A stretch of 64,000 nt of DNA from a virus. Within the stretch, counting starts at the first letter, position 1; each line of letters opens with the position of its first letter. The stretch is taken from the IMG/VR virus record IMGVR_UViG_3300032897_000003, positions 14,930-78,929 of that record; one strand, given 5' to 3'. The position numbers and the translations under genes were made by a program. The notes beneath the pieces were generated by a model that was not told the DNA's origin, did not search any database, and was given only the letters and a program-made list of their open reading frames with translations. This document shows, piece by piece, positions 30,309 through 39,506 of this stretch.

Positions 30309-30728
30309 ATGGCCATGCTGAGACGACTGCCCGTAAAGCTCACCAACGAGGAGTTGCTTGACCGGAGCAAGTCCCTAACCACGGAGCTCGACAAGAAGGA
30401 CGCCCTAACTGCCAAGAAGAAAAGCGAGGCGGAGAAGATCGCGGGCGACATCGCCCTAGTCGAGGAAGGAATCCAAGCCCTGCGAAAAGCGCTCCGTGAC
30501 GGAGAAGAAGAGCGCGATGTCGAGTGCCACGTGCACAGGGACTTCGACAACCACACGGTGGTGACGATCCGTAACGACACCGGCGAAATCATCGAGGAGC
30601 GGCCCATGACCCAAGCCGAGCTGCAGACGTCACTGCTCGACCGTGGCGCCGAGCAACACGGGAAGCTTCTCGCAATCAACGGCGACAAGCCGAAGGGAGA
30701 CGAAGAGAAGGACAAGCCGAAGAACTGA
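30309..30728 (+). CDS. hypothetical coiled-coil phage protein
   Basis: RRLPVKLT.EE...RNDTGEIIEERPMT.AELQ. Confidence 0.65.
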   Translation: MAMLRRLPVKLTNEELLDRSKSLTTELDKKDALTAKKKSEAEKIAGDIALVEEGIQALRKALRDGEEERDVECHVHRDFDNHTVVTIRNDTGEIIEERPMTQAELQTSLLDRGAEQHGKLLAINGDKPKGDEEKDKPKN

Positions 30729-30769
30729 ACCGACACACGAGGCTGGACCACCATTCGAAAGGAGACCAT

Positions 30770-31432
30770 ATGCGACGACCGAAACCACCTACGAGCATCA
30801 ACAACGTCAACGTCAGCCCGACAGCACCAGCGGACAAGCCCGGCGGAGAAAACCCGATCGAGGTTACGATCCGTCCGCTGAACCTGCAGCGCACGACCAT
30901 CAAGATCCGCGGCATCAGCACGCTGATCATGCACGCCTGGAGTCAGAAGGCCATCAAGATGATCGAGGACAAGCAGCAGAAGAAAGCCACGGGGCCGCGG
31001 AAGGCGAAGGACCCGCAGGCCGACTTCGAGAGCGCGCGATATCGCATCGACAAGAACACGGACGGGATCCCGGCCATCGCGCTGAAAGCGTGCGCTGTCG
31101 AGGCCGGCGTGTTGCTCGGGCTGAAGAAGACGAACTTGCGTAAGTCCTTCTTCGTTGGGCCCGACGGCGAGGAGCTCATCCCCATCATCGTGGCCGAAGA
31201 GCCAGCGATGAGGCGGGACATGGTGCGAGTCGGGATGGGCACCAGCGACGTGCGGTACCGACCGGAGTACAAGGACTGGAGCTGCGAGATTCCGATCGAG
31301 TTCAACGCCGACGCGATCTCGGCCGACCAGCTCGTCAACCTGTTCGACCAGGGCGGGTACTCCGTCGGGGTCGGCGAGTGGCGGCCCGAAAAGGACGGGA
31401 CGCACGGAAGATTCAGGGTGGTAAGCGAATAG
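30770..31432 (+). CDS. stand-alone Cas7/RAMP-like RNA-binding protein (candidate effector of the adjacent repeat array)
   Basis: RRM-like beta1 IKIRGISTLIMH, GIPAIALKA (compare RAMP IPGSSLKG), C-terminal Gly-rich loop GVGEWRPEKDGTHGRFRV; AAGGAG RBS. Confidence 0.7.
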   Translation: MRRPKPPTSINNVNVSPTAPADKPGGENPIEVTIRPLNLQRTTIKIRGISTLIMHAWSQKAIKMIEDKQQKKATGPRKAKDPQADFESARYRIDKNTDGIPAIALKACAVEAGVLLGLKKTNLRKSFFVGPDGEELIPIIVAEEPAMRRDMVRVGMGTSDVRYRPEYKDWSCEIPIEFNADAISADQLVNLFDQGGYSVGVGEWRPEKDGTHGRFRVVSE

Positions 31433-31438
31433 CTGCCC

Positions 31439-32053
31439 ATGCTGAACCACCTGGCACAGTTGCCGCGCCCTTCCCTCGACCTGACAGAAGGAGACTGTGA
31501 GATCGTCCGCAAGACGCTCGAGCAGTTGAAGTCGGAAGGGCGTGCGACACCAGATGCATTCCTCACCGCAGCGGAGCCGGAGGACAGTCCGCTCCATAAG
31601 TTTTTCGAGTGGGACAACGACCGGGCTGCGCACGAGCACCGCCTACTGCAGGCGCGCCAGCTCGTTCGCACGGTTGTTCTTCGTCCCGTCCGCGTGGAGA
31701 CGACCAGGAAAACCATCAGCGTTCGCATAAATCCAAGCGTGCGAGAGGAGGATGAGGACGACGAGCGACCGGAGCCAAGACTGCCTCTTCCGACCCCGAT
31801 ACCAGAAACGCAGGTGACAAGAGGGAAAATCAAGGAGCTGGCGGATCGAATCGAGGATGCGCTCAAAGATGCCCGTGGAACCATGGACATCTTCGACGAG
31901 ATGAGAACGCTGCGCGAGATCTTGGCAGACCTACGGCAAAAAGCACCCTGGGAGGGAAAGCGTTGCCCGAAGTGCAGCTTGCTCGGGCATGCTCCAGGCT
32001 CACGCTTCTGCACCCCGGTGAACCAGTGTCTAGGAAGAAAGGCGATCGACTGA
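31439..32053 (+). CDS. conserved partner protein of the RAMP-like gene
   Basis: SPLHKFFEWDNDRAAHEHRLLQARQLVR motif; C-terminal CPKC...GH zinc knuckle; stop codon abuts the array. Confidence 0.65.
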   Translation: MLNHLAQLPRPSLDLTEGDCEIVRKTLEQLKSEGRATPDAFLTAAEPEDSPLHKFFEWDNDRAAHEHRLLQARQLVRTVVLRPVRVETTRKTISVRINPSVREEDEDDERPEPRLPLPTPIPETQVTRGKIKELADRIEDALKDARGTMDIFDEMRTLREILADLRQKAPWEGKRCPKCSLLGHAPGSRFCTPVNQCLGRKAID

Positions 32054-32056
32054 CAT

Positions 32057-32574
32057 GGCAGTAAGGGTTGGCTGGGCTTGTCTTGGATCGGCCGTCAGGT
32101 ACTGGCTAGTCTGGTCGTGGCTGCGCAGGCAGTCATGGCTGGTCGGGGCGTCGATTGGCGTGGCCGTCGGGTTTGGGAGCGGCCAGGAAAGGCGGGTCCA
32201 GGCCAGGCAGTATGGGCTGGTCATGGTCGGGACATGAAGGCTTGGCTAGGCAGGCAAGGCGAGGTACGTCGGATCATGGGTAGGAACGGCAGGCGTCGAA
32301 TGGCAAGGATGGGCCTCGGTGGCAAGGCCTGGCAGTCAGGGCTTGTCTGCGCCAGGAAGGGAATGGTTTGGACAGGCAGGGCATGGATCGGCAGGAGCGG
32401 CCAGGATTTGTTGGGACAGGCGGGTCAAGTCGTGGAGTGGCAGGCATGGCTAGTCTCGGCGACGACAGGAGGGGATGGGCAGGAAGTGCTAGGCTTGGTT
32501 TGTACCGGATCGGAGGGGCAGGCGGGGCTAGTTGTGGCCCGGAACGAAGCGGAAAGGCAGGGCAGGCATGGACG
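32057..32574 (+). repeat. 5-nt-periodic G(G/T)H-NN array in about 12 blocks delimited by GGCA/GGCC (candidate guide-RNA array)
   Basis: Delimiters at 32057, 32090, 32128, 32162, 32206, 32249, 32288, 32331, 32390, 32439, 32478, 32517, 32561, with pentamers between them. Confidence 0.85.
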
Positions 32575-32975
32575 TAGAGCAAATTGACTTGAACCACATC
32601 AAGAGAGCGGTGTTCGAGCTCGTCTGGAAGGAAGATGGGCGAGTCACGCTGTTCATCAACAAACACGACAGCCGCGTGTTCCCTCAACCGGGACCGGGGA
32701 TTCTTTCTTCAGGCAGCAAGAATGATCGGCATCTCAAGGCCGAAAGAGATGGGATTTCAGGAACGATATCCGTCCGTTGGAGAAGTGAGAGTGGTGGAAT
32801 CTCAAGCACGGCCAGCGAAGGGATCCCGCCAGTCGAGGTATTTCTTCCGTGGGAGTGCTTGGCCGGCATCTCGCTGGGCAATCCGAATGCTCCAGTGTTC
32901 GCTGGCGTTTGGGCTCTGTGGGAGGGCTTCACCTCGGACAATGACGTCGAGGTCCCGACGAAACAGATGTGCTGA
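32568..32975 (+). CDS. hypothetical protein, possible divergent SspB-like fold
   Basis: GRVTLFI...DGISGTIS...VFLPWECL resembles the 54196 SspB. Confidence 0.4.
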   Translation: MDVEQIDLNHIKRAVFELVWKEDGRVTLFINKHDSRVFPQPGPGILSSGSKNDRHLKAERDGISGTISVRWRSESGGISSTASEGIPPVEVFLPWECLAGISLGNPNAPVFAGVWALWEGFTSDNDVEVPTKQMC

Positions 32976-33155
32976 CGACTATGATGTTCACGGCGAAGAT
33001 AGGCGACATCCTCCGCTGGGACGCACAGTCGTGCTCGGTTCTTCTCGTGCATGCAGGCGACAATGCGGAGGCGGTGGCATTTCTGCGCAAGAACCGAGAC
33101 GCCATTGTGCAGGTGACCGTCGAACTGGCCAAAACGAAGGAGGTGAAATAGCCAG

Positions 33156-33659
33156 ATGCCACAGGCGCAGCTCTTTGCCGAGGAGCCCAGAGCGGTGTTC
33201 AGTGACGACCGTCGCTACCGGTATCGACTTTGGCGAACCGTCGAGGACGTTGCGATCCTGAAGCGCAAGGCGGTGATGATCGGGCTCAACCCGAGCATTG
33301 CCGACGAACACGTGTTGGACCCGACTCTGAAGAGGTTCTTGTCCTTCTGCCGACTCTGGGGCTGCTCGCGTATGGAGGTGGTCAACCTGTTCGCGCTCGT
33401 CAGCACTGATCCGTCCGGGCTGTACACGTGCGCTGATCCGGTCGGACCTGGGAACGACTTGGCCATCGACGTAGCTGTGGTCGATGCAGACGTCATTGTC
33501 GCATGCTGGGGAGCCCATCCAATGGCTGCGAAGCGGGCATCCGACGTGCTCAGTATGCTCGGTACCAGGCAGCTGATGTGCTTCGGGCGCAACCACGACG
33601 GCTCTCCCAAGCATCCGCTCTACCTGCCGAAGACGGCCGAGCTGTCGGTGTATGCATGA
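33156..33659 (+). CDS. DUF1643 family protein
   Basis: AVFSDDRRYRYRLWR, IGLNPSIAD..DPT, VNLFA, GSPKHPLY. Confidence 0.9.
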   Translation: MPQAQLFAEEPRAVFSDDRRYRYRLWRTVEDVAILKRKAVMIGLNPSIADEHVLDPTLKRFLSFCRLWGCSRMEVVNLFALVSTDPSGLYTCADPVGPGNDLAIDVAVVDADVIVACWGAHPMAAKRASDVLSMLGTRQLMCFGRNHDGSPKHPLYLPKTAELSVYA

Positions 33660-34015
33660 CCACGCTAGATTCGGTACTGGAAGTGCTGCGCGGGATGCGC
33701 ATCATGTTCTCGGACGAGAAGGAGCTACAGGACGCGGTCGAGAAGGCGATGACGACCGCGAGTATCCCTCACCAGCGAGAGGCTATCCTCGGGCCTCGCG
33801 ACCGGATCGACTTCATGGCGGACGGGGGGATCGGAATCGAGTGCAAGATCGACCACAGCCGGGCGGACTTGCTGAGACAGCTGTTCCGCTACAGCAAACA
33901 GCCACAGGTGCGCGTCTTGGTTGTGGTGCTAGGGAAGCTGCGACTGTCCGCGCTCCCTACCGAGATGAACAACATCCCCATCCACGTGGTCAACCTCGTG
34001 AGGGCCTTCGTTTGA
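33656..34015 (+). CDS. small PD-(D/E)XK nuclease-like protein
   Basis: E.ELQ...RE...RIDF...IGIECK...QL.RY. Confidence 0.6.
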   Translation: MTTLDSVLEVLRGMRIMFSDEKELQDAVEKAMTTASIPHQREAILGPRDRIDFMADGGIGIECKIDHSRADLLRQLFRYSKQPQVRVLVVVLGKLRLSALPTEMNNIPIHVVNLVRAFV

Positions 34016-36951
34016 GCGGGCAAGTCTCTCTATTCTCGAAAGTAGCCGAACCTGCGGCTAAGTCTGCACATGCTGGGGTGGTCAGAGCGGTACGAATCTA
34101 CGGGAAGGTGATCTACAACGTGGCCAAGCGGGCCTGGGAGATCGACTGCGAGCCGCAGGTAAGGCAGCGTCTGAAACGGGTGTTTCCGCGGATCAAGGCG
34201 GGAGCGGTCGACCTTTGCCTCGAGGACAACATCGACGCCGGGCGGGACCTGGCGTGGTTTCTCGATCGCTATCCAATGGAGATCTCACCGGCAGACATGC
34301 GGCTCTTGCGCGAGCGAGAGACCGAGCACCGCGTGCTGGTTGAGGACATCGGACGGATCATGCAGTCGGACTATGTGCCGACGGACATCACGTTGGCAAT
34401 ACCGCTGCGCAACTACCAGGCGCAGGCAGTCGATCTGACGAAGCGGGTGTTCGGGCTGCTCGATGCGGATGATCTCGGAGTCGGGAAGACAGCCATTGGA
34501 ATCGGATTGCTGGCCGATCCAAGGGCGCGTCCGGCGCTGGTCGTTACGTTGACCCACCTACCCGGGCAGTGGAAGCGCGAGATCGAACGGTTCGCCCCCG
34601 GACTCAACGTGCACATCCTGAAGAAGGGAACACCGTACAAGTTCGAGATCCGCGGCGGGCAGGAGTATTTCCCCGACGTCATCGTGACCAACTACCACAA
34701 GCTGGTCGGGTGGGCCGAAGAGCTACACGGCAAAGTCCAGACGGTGATCTTCGACGAGGCGCACGAGCTGAGGCGCAGCACGAGTGAGAAATACAGCGCT
34801 GCCAAGCGGGTCGCAGCAAAGTCGCGGTATAGGCTTGGGCTCACGGCAACCCCGATCTTCAACTTCGGTGGCGAGTTCTTCAATATCGCGGACGTGCTCC
34901 GCCCAGGAGATCTCGGAACGTGGGAGGAATTCTGCACGGAGTGGTGCAGTGGCTTCGCCGACAAGACGAAGGCCACCATTACGAAGCCGAAGGAGTTCGG
35001 GGCATACGTGCGCGAAGCTGGTTTGATGATCCGGCGTACGCGCAAAGAGGTTGGGCGCGAGCTGCCGCCGCTTACCATCTGCCCGCAGCTCGTCGATGCC
35101 GACCTGTTCTACTTGGACGAGATCGAGACCGAGGCCACCGCGCTGGCCAAGATCGTCTTGTCGGGAGGGGCTAACCCGTTCGAACAGCTGCGAGCAAGCC
35201 AGGAGCTGTCATGGAAGCTGCGCCAGGCCACTGGCGTCGCGAAGGCTCCTGCAGTAGCCGAGTTCACCCGCATGCTTGTGGAGGGGGAAGAATCGGTCGT
35301 GCTGTTCGGATGGCACCGTGAGGTGTACCGCATCTGGGCGGAGCGGCTGGCCGACCTCGAACCGGTGTTTTTCACGGGAGAGGAGACTCCAGGGCAGAAG
35401 GAGGCAGCCGCGCAGGCCTTCATCGGTAAGAAAACCAAGTTGCTCATCATGAGCCTGCGGGCCGGGGCAGGCATCGATGGCCTGCAGAAAGCCTGCAGGA
35501 CAGCCGTGTACGGTGAGATGGACTGGTCCCCGGCCGTGCACGAGCAGTGCCTCTCGAGCGATACCGAGATATTGACGCCAGCCGGATTTCTCGGGGTTGA
35601 CGCCGTAAAAGAGGGTGATGAGGTGGCTGCGTTCGACGCTGCGACCGGAGAGATTCGATGGGTTGCCGCGACGAGCAAGGTGGATCGAACTCTCGGCGAC
35701 GACGAACGGATGTACAGGTGCTACTCGAAGAAGGTCGATTTCCTGGTGACCGGGGATCACCGAATGGTCGTGAGGCGAAAAACCAGAACGACGGCAGGGG
35801 TTGGCAGGTCCCAGTGGGAGTTCGACATCGCTAGAAACATCGCGGGGTCGGCAAGACGCTTCATCCCTACGAGCGGGGTTCAGTCATCCGACGGTGTTCC
35901 TCTGAGTGACTATGAGCTAAGGCTGCTGGGATGGTTTGTGACCGACGGACATTTCAGTGGGCATCAATTGATCTTCTATCAGGCTGAACAACAGCCGTGG
36001 AATGAAGACCTCGTCGAGGTGCTCAACGGATGCGGCATCGGGTGGACGCTCTTTAAGCGACGAGTCGTGCGGCCAAGCGGGGTCACAGTGATGAACTGGT
36101 ACCACGTACCAAAGGGTAATTGCCCTCGGTGGTCAGAAGAGGAGCTAGACCAACTTCTGGCGGTGACAGGACTCCCCGAGAGACTGGCTCTGGCGAAGAA
36201 GATGGGCAGAACAGAGTATGCGCTATACAAAAAACAGAGAAAGTGGGCACAAGGAGAACGCCCGGTCCCGGTCAAAAAGCGAGCTGGGCGTGGATATGAA
36301 ACCTTGGAAAAATACCTCGATAAGAACCTCAGTCCACACCTCGACTCGATGACGAGAGAGCAATTGCGGGCTTTCCTTCGCGGAGTCAATATGGGCGATG
36401 GTGCGAAAGCGATGAAACTCAGCTACAAGATAACGAGCACGAACCGCTTGTTCTTCGACCGCCTCCAATCGCTCTGTGTGCGCCGTGGATTCTCTGCCAA
36501 TTTGTCGACGCGCAACGCAGTCACCAAAGCAGGGAAGCCGATTTATGATCTGTGGATTGCCGACAAGGCAGAGGCGTCAGTCGCGCGATCAGGTAAACCC
36601 GGAGGTTTCGCGGAATGTGCGACCGAGTCTAAAGTTAGGGTGTGGTGCCTCAGCAATGAGCTCGGCACTCTAGTCACGCGCAGGAATGGGAAGGTCGCGA
36701 TCGTCGGCAATTGCACTGGTCGTCTGTTGCGTGACGGACAACCGGATCCGGTGTTTGCCTATTACCTGCTGGCAGACTGTGGGAGCGACCCGGTCATCTC
36801 GGACGTGCTCGGGGTGAAGAGGGCGCAGCTGGAGGGGATTCGCGACCCGAGCGGAAATCTCATCGAGATGGCCCAAACTGATCCGGAACGGGTGAAGCGC
36901 TTGGCGGAGGCCTACTTAAGGCAGAGAAAAACGGCACCAGAGCGACAATAA
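34012..36951 (+). CDS. SNF2-family helicase, intein-containing
   Basis: LRNYQ, ADDLGVGKT, IFDEAH, LTATP, WSPAVHEQ|...|CTGRLLRDGQ. Confidence 0.9.
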   Translation: MSGQVSLFSKVAEPAAKSAHAGVVRAVRIYGKVIYNVAKRAWEIDCEPQVRQRLKRVFPRIKAGAVDLCLEDNIDAGRDLAWFLDRYPMEISPADMRLLRERETEHRVLVEDIGRIMQSDYVPTDITLAIPLRNYQAQAVDLTKRVFGLLDADDLGVGKTAIGIGLLADPRARPALVVTLTHLPGQWKREIERFAPGLNVHILKKGTPYKFEIRGGQEYFPDVIVTNYHKLVGWAEELHGKVQTVIFDEAHELRRSTSEKYSAAKRVAAKSRYRLGLTATPIFNFGGEFFNIADVLRPGDLGTWEEFCTEWCSGFADKTKATITKPKEFGAYVREAGLMIRRTRKEVGRELPPLTICPQLVDADLFYLDEIETEATALAKIVLSGGANPFEQLRASQELSWKLRQATGVAKAPAVAEFTRMLVEGEESVVLFGWHREVYRIWAERLADLEPVFFTGEETPGQKEAAAQAFIGKKTKLLIMSLRAGAGIDGLQKACRTAVYGEMDWSPAVHEQCLSSDTEILTPAGFLGVDAVKEGDEVAAFDAATGEIRWVAATSKVDRTLGDDERMYRCYSKKVDFLVTGDHRMVVRRKTRTTAGVGRSQWEFDIARNIAGSARRFIPTSGVQSSDGVPLSDYELRLLGWFVTDGHFSGHQLIFYQAEQQPWNEDLVEVLNGCGIGWTLFKRRVVRPSGVTVMNWYHVPKGNCPRWSEEELDQLLAVTGLPERLALAKKMGRTEYALYKKQRKWAQGERPVPVKKRAGRGYETLEKYLDKNLSPHLDSMTREQLRAFLRGVNMGDGAKAMKLSYKITSTNRLFFDRLQSLCVRRGFSANLSTRNAVTKAGKPIYDLWIADKAEASVARSGKPGGFAECATESKVRVWCLSNELGTLVTRRNGKVAIVGNCTGRLLRDGQPDPVFAYYLLADCGSDPVISDVLGVKRAQLEGIRDPSGNLIEMAQTDPERVKRLAEAYLRQRKTAPERQ
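35548..36711 (+). mobile_element. intein with LAGLIDADG endonuclease in the SNF2 helicase (388 aa)
   Basis: Starts CLSSDTEIL, block B VTGDHRM, LGWFVTDG and FLRGVNMGDG, ends RRNGKVAIVGN before Cys. Confidence 0.9.
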
Positions 36952-36956
36952 TACCG

Positions 36957-37988
36957 GTGAGCGATGAGCAAGCCTTTTCGCGGGAGACGCGTATGAACAA
37001 GACTTCGATCTCGTGGTGCATGAACCCCGACGGAACGCCGGGATTCACGTGGAATCCAGCAGTGGGCTGCTCTCCTGTGTCCAGCGGTTGCGCGAACTGC
37101 TGGGCAGCCGCGCTTGCTTCCACCCGGCTCGAACATCTCGCGGCGTACTCTGGTCTCACGAAGAACGGCCGCTGGACCGGATCCGTCCGCTTCTTCCCCG
37201 AGAAGCTGGCCGAGCCGCTGCGCCGTCGCAAGCCGGCCGGAATCTTCGTGATAGACATGGGCGACATCGCAATGCTGCCACGCGAGCAGATAGCGGCCAT
37301 CTTCGGCGTGATGGCGGCGACGCCGCAGCATTGCTATTTCATGCTGACGAAGCGGCCGGGCCTGCTGCGCGAGTGGTTCCGGTGGTGCGGAGATCCCGCG
37401 AGCTGGTATCCGTTCGCGGTCGAGCTGGCGAAGCATGGGATCGGATGCAACGAAGAGCTGAGGCAGACCGTCGCGAGTCATCCGTTGCATTTGCCACGTG
37501 AAAAGCGCTGGCCGCTACCGAACGTCGTGATCGGCGCCTCGGTCTGCACAAAGGCCGACCTATCCAAGCTCGACGAGCTTCACGAGATTCCGGCGGCCAT
37601 TCGATTCGTGAGCTTCGAGCCGCTGCTGGAGGACCTGGGCAAGTTGGACCTGCGGGGAATAGGGTGGGCAATACCTGGAGGCGAATCCGGCCCCCACGCC
37701 CGCCCATGCCATGTCGGGTGGATTCGCTCCATCGTCGAGCAATGCAAGCAGGCCGGCACGCGGGTGCACGTCAAGCAGCTGGGGACGAATGCGCGCGCTG
37801 TCTACAGCAAAGAATCGTTTCGCGAATGGGAGCCGATCGTCGGCCGTAAACGCATTCTGGTCTGGTCCGAGCGCGGACAGGACGACGAGTTCGAAATCCA
37901 ATTCCGTGACCGTGCCGGCTCCGACCCGTCCGAATGGCCCGAGGACCTGCGAATCAGGCAACCGATTTTCGAGAGGAGCGCGCGATGA
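36957..37988 (+). CDS. phage Gp37/Gp68 (DUF5131) family protein
   Basis: TWNPAVGCSPVSSGCANCWA, LTKRP, FVSFEPLL, GGESG. Confidence 0.9.
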   Translation: MSDEQAFSRETRMNKTSISWCMNPDGTPGFTWNPAVGCSPVSSGCANCWAAALASTRLEHLAAYSGLTKNGRWTGSVRFFPEKLAEPLRRRKPAGIFVIDMGDIAMLPREQIAAIFGVMAATPQHCYFMLTKRPGLLREWFRWCGDPASWYPFAVELAKHGIGCNEELRQTVASHPLHLPREKRWPLPNVVIGASVCTKADLSKLDELHEIPAAIRFVSFEPLLEDLGKLDLRGIGWAIPGGESGPHARPCHVGWIRSIVEQCKQAGTRVHVKQLGTNARAVYSKESFREWEPIVGRKRILVWSERGQDDEFEIQFRDRAGSDPSEWPEDLRIRQPIFERSAR

Positions 37989-38799
37989 AGACCAAACAGC
38001 AACCCGCCGAGTGGGTGAGACCGACGAAGGCGGAGAGACGCGATTGGGTTTGCAACCTTCGGTCATGTGGCCGCCGACCAGTCGTGGCGGTCAGAAACGC
38101 GACGGGAGGCGCCCGCTGCTCCTACTGTGCGAAACTCGACGGCATCAGGCTGCCGCCCGTGCGCAAGGCGAAGAAGCGCAAGCCCGCGGCGAAGGTCACG
38201 ACGTGGAGCGGGTGGGGGATTCGCTGCCACTTTGAATTGACCTCATACGCGTCTGAAGAGACGGCTAGAGCTGCGCTTCGGTTGGCCGCGCCAGGGTGCA
38301 AGCTCGTCGCCCACGCCCCGAACCAGGTTTGGATCCGCGTGCGTCTGCTCGTCGGCGCCGGCTGCGACCTCGTGCTGGGCCGCGTGTCGTGTGCTCGGCT
38401 GGGGTTCGCGCTCGTCAAGTACAAGGGGATTTTGGTGTAGCCATGACCACTCTGTCCTGCGACTGCTCGTGCGGCGATTACGATAGTTACCGCTGCTACT
38501 CCGAGATCATCCGCAAGGCCCGCAAGCCGCACACGTGCTGTGAGTGTGGAGAGGTCATCCAGACGGGAAAGTGCTACCAAGAAGCCACCGGCATCGACTG
38601 CGAGGGGACAGCATTTCGCTATCGCACATGTATCGGCTGCGCGAACATCCGCGCGAAGTATTGTCCAGGGGGCTTCCTCTTCGGCGATCTGGCCGAGCAA
38701 ATCATGGACTGCCTCGGATGGGACTACCGCGACTCGCCCGAGGAAATCGTGTGCGACGAAGATGACGGGCCGTCACTGTATGGAGAACAGCAATCATGA
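37985..38799 (+). CDS. two Cys-rich hypothetical proteins (37985-38440, 38443-38799)
   Basis: CxxC pairs; RKARKPHTCCECG. Confidence 0.55.
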
Positions 38800-39506
38800 A
38801 CACTGCAACCCCCGACCTTATCGCTACCTGTGGCGGTGGCATCATCTTCACCGCCGACAGCATCCGCGGCATTCGCGAGGGGAGGAAGACGCGGACGACG
38901 CGGCTGATGAAGCCGCAGCCGCCCGAATGGTGCGATCGATGTGGACACACCTATTTTACTCCGAAGGGGAAAATCAGTTTTCGCGGAATCCACCAGGAAC
39001 ACGGTCCAGCTGAGAAGTTCATGCCGGGACCACGCTACCTTCCCGGCAAGCGCTACTACTGCAAGGAGACATGGGGAGACGCCGATCATTACTACCAGGG
39101 CCACGTGAACGATTGTCCAAGCGTAGTTGCCTACGGCACACGCGAAGCCATTCGCTTCAATGCTGAGGAGCCTCACGAGATAGAAGCTCGCGATATCGAG
39201 AGTTGGAATTGGAACAAGATGAAGTGGCGCTCGTCAATGTCCATGCCCCGCTGGGCCGCCCGCTACGTAATCGAGATCGACGACGTCAAGCCAATCCGCC
39301 TGCAGGAGATGACGGAGGAGATGGCATTCGAAGAGGGCTGCGATGGACCGCACGCAACCGTCATCGCTGGAGACATCAGCGAGGTGGGTCCAGATTCTCC
39401 TGTCCACGATTTGATGGATCGATGGGACGCGCTGAACGGCAAGAAAGCACCTTGGGCGAGCAATCCATGGTGTTTCAGCTATCGATTCCACTTGGTGCAG
39501 CCATGA
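38796..39506 (+). CDS. ASCH/PUA-like phage protein
   Basis: GRKTRTTR, KETW, KWRSSMSMPRWAAR, RLQEMTEE.A..EG, WASNPW. Confidence 0.7.
   Translation: MNTATPDLIATCGGGIIFTADSIRGIREGRKTRTTRLMKPQPPEWCDRCGHTYFTPKGKISFRGIHQEHGPAEKFMPGPRYLPGKRYYCKETWGDADHYYQGHVNDCPSVVAYGTREAIRFNAEEPHEIEARDIESWNWNKMKWRSSMSMPRWAARYVIEIDDVKPIRLQEMTEEMAFEEGCDGPHATVIAGDISEVGPDSPVHDLMDRWDALNGKKAPWASNPWCFSYRFHLVQP

Noticed and set aside
29822-31639. Long minus-strand ORFs (e.g. 29822-31639, 59085-61154, 46586-47836)
   Set aside because: Antisense shadows of well-supported + strand genes in high-GC DNA; no recognisable motifs.
32057-32574. Canonical CRISPR array or simple G-quadruplex/microsatellite
   Set aside because: There is no identical 25-40 nt direct repeat with unique spacers. 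GT/CG/TG substitutions break many GG runs, and the block structure is not explained by slippage. Some G4 potential cannot be excluded.
32055-32587. ORFs 32055-32237 and 32078-32587 (+) and 32274-32687 (-) across the G-rich array
   Set aside because: Low-complexity G/R/Q/W translations produced by a 5-nt (not 3-nt) periodicity; no RBS; best explained as shadows of a non-coding array.
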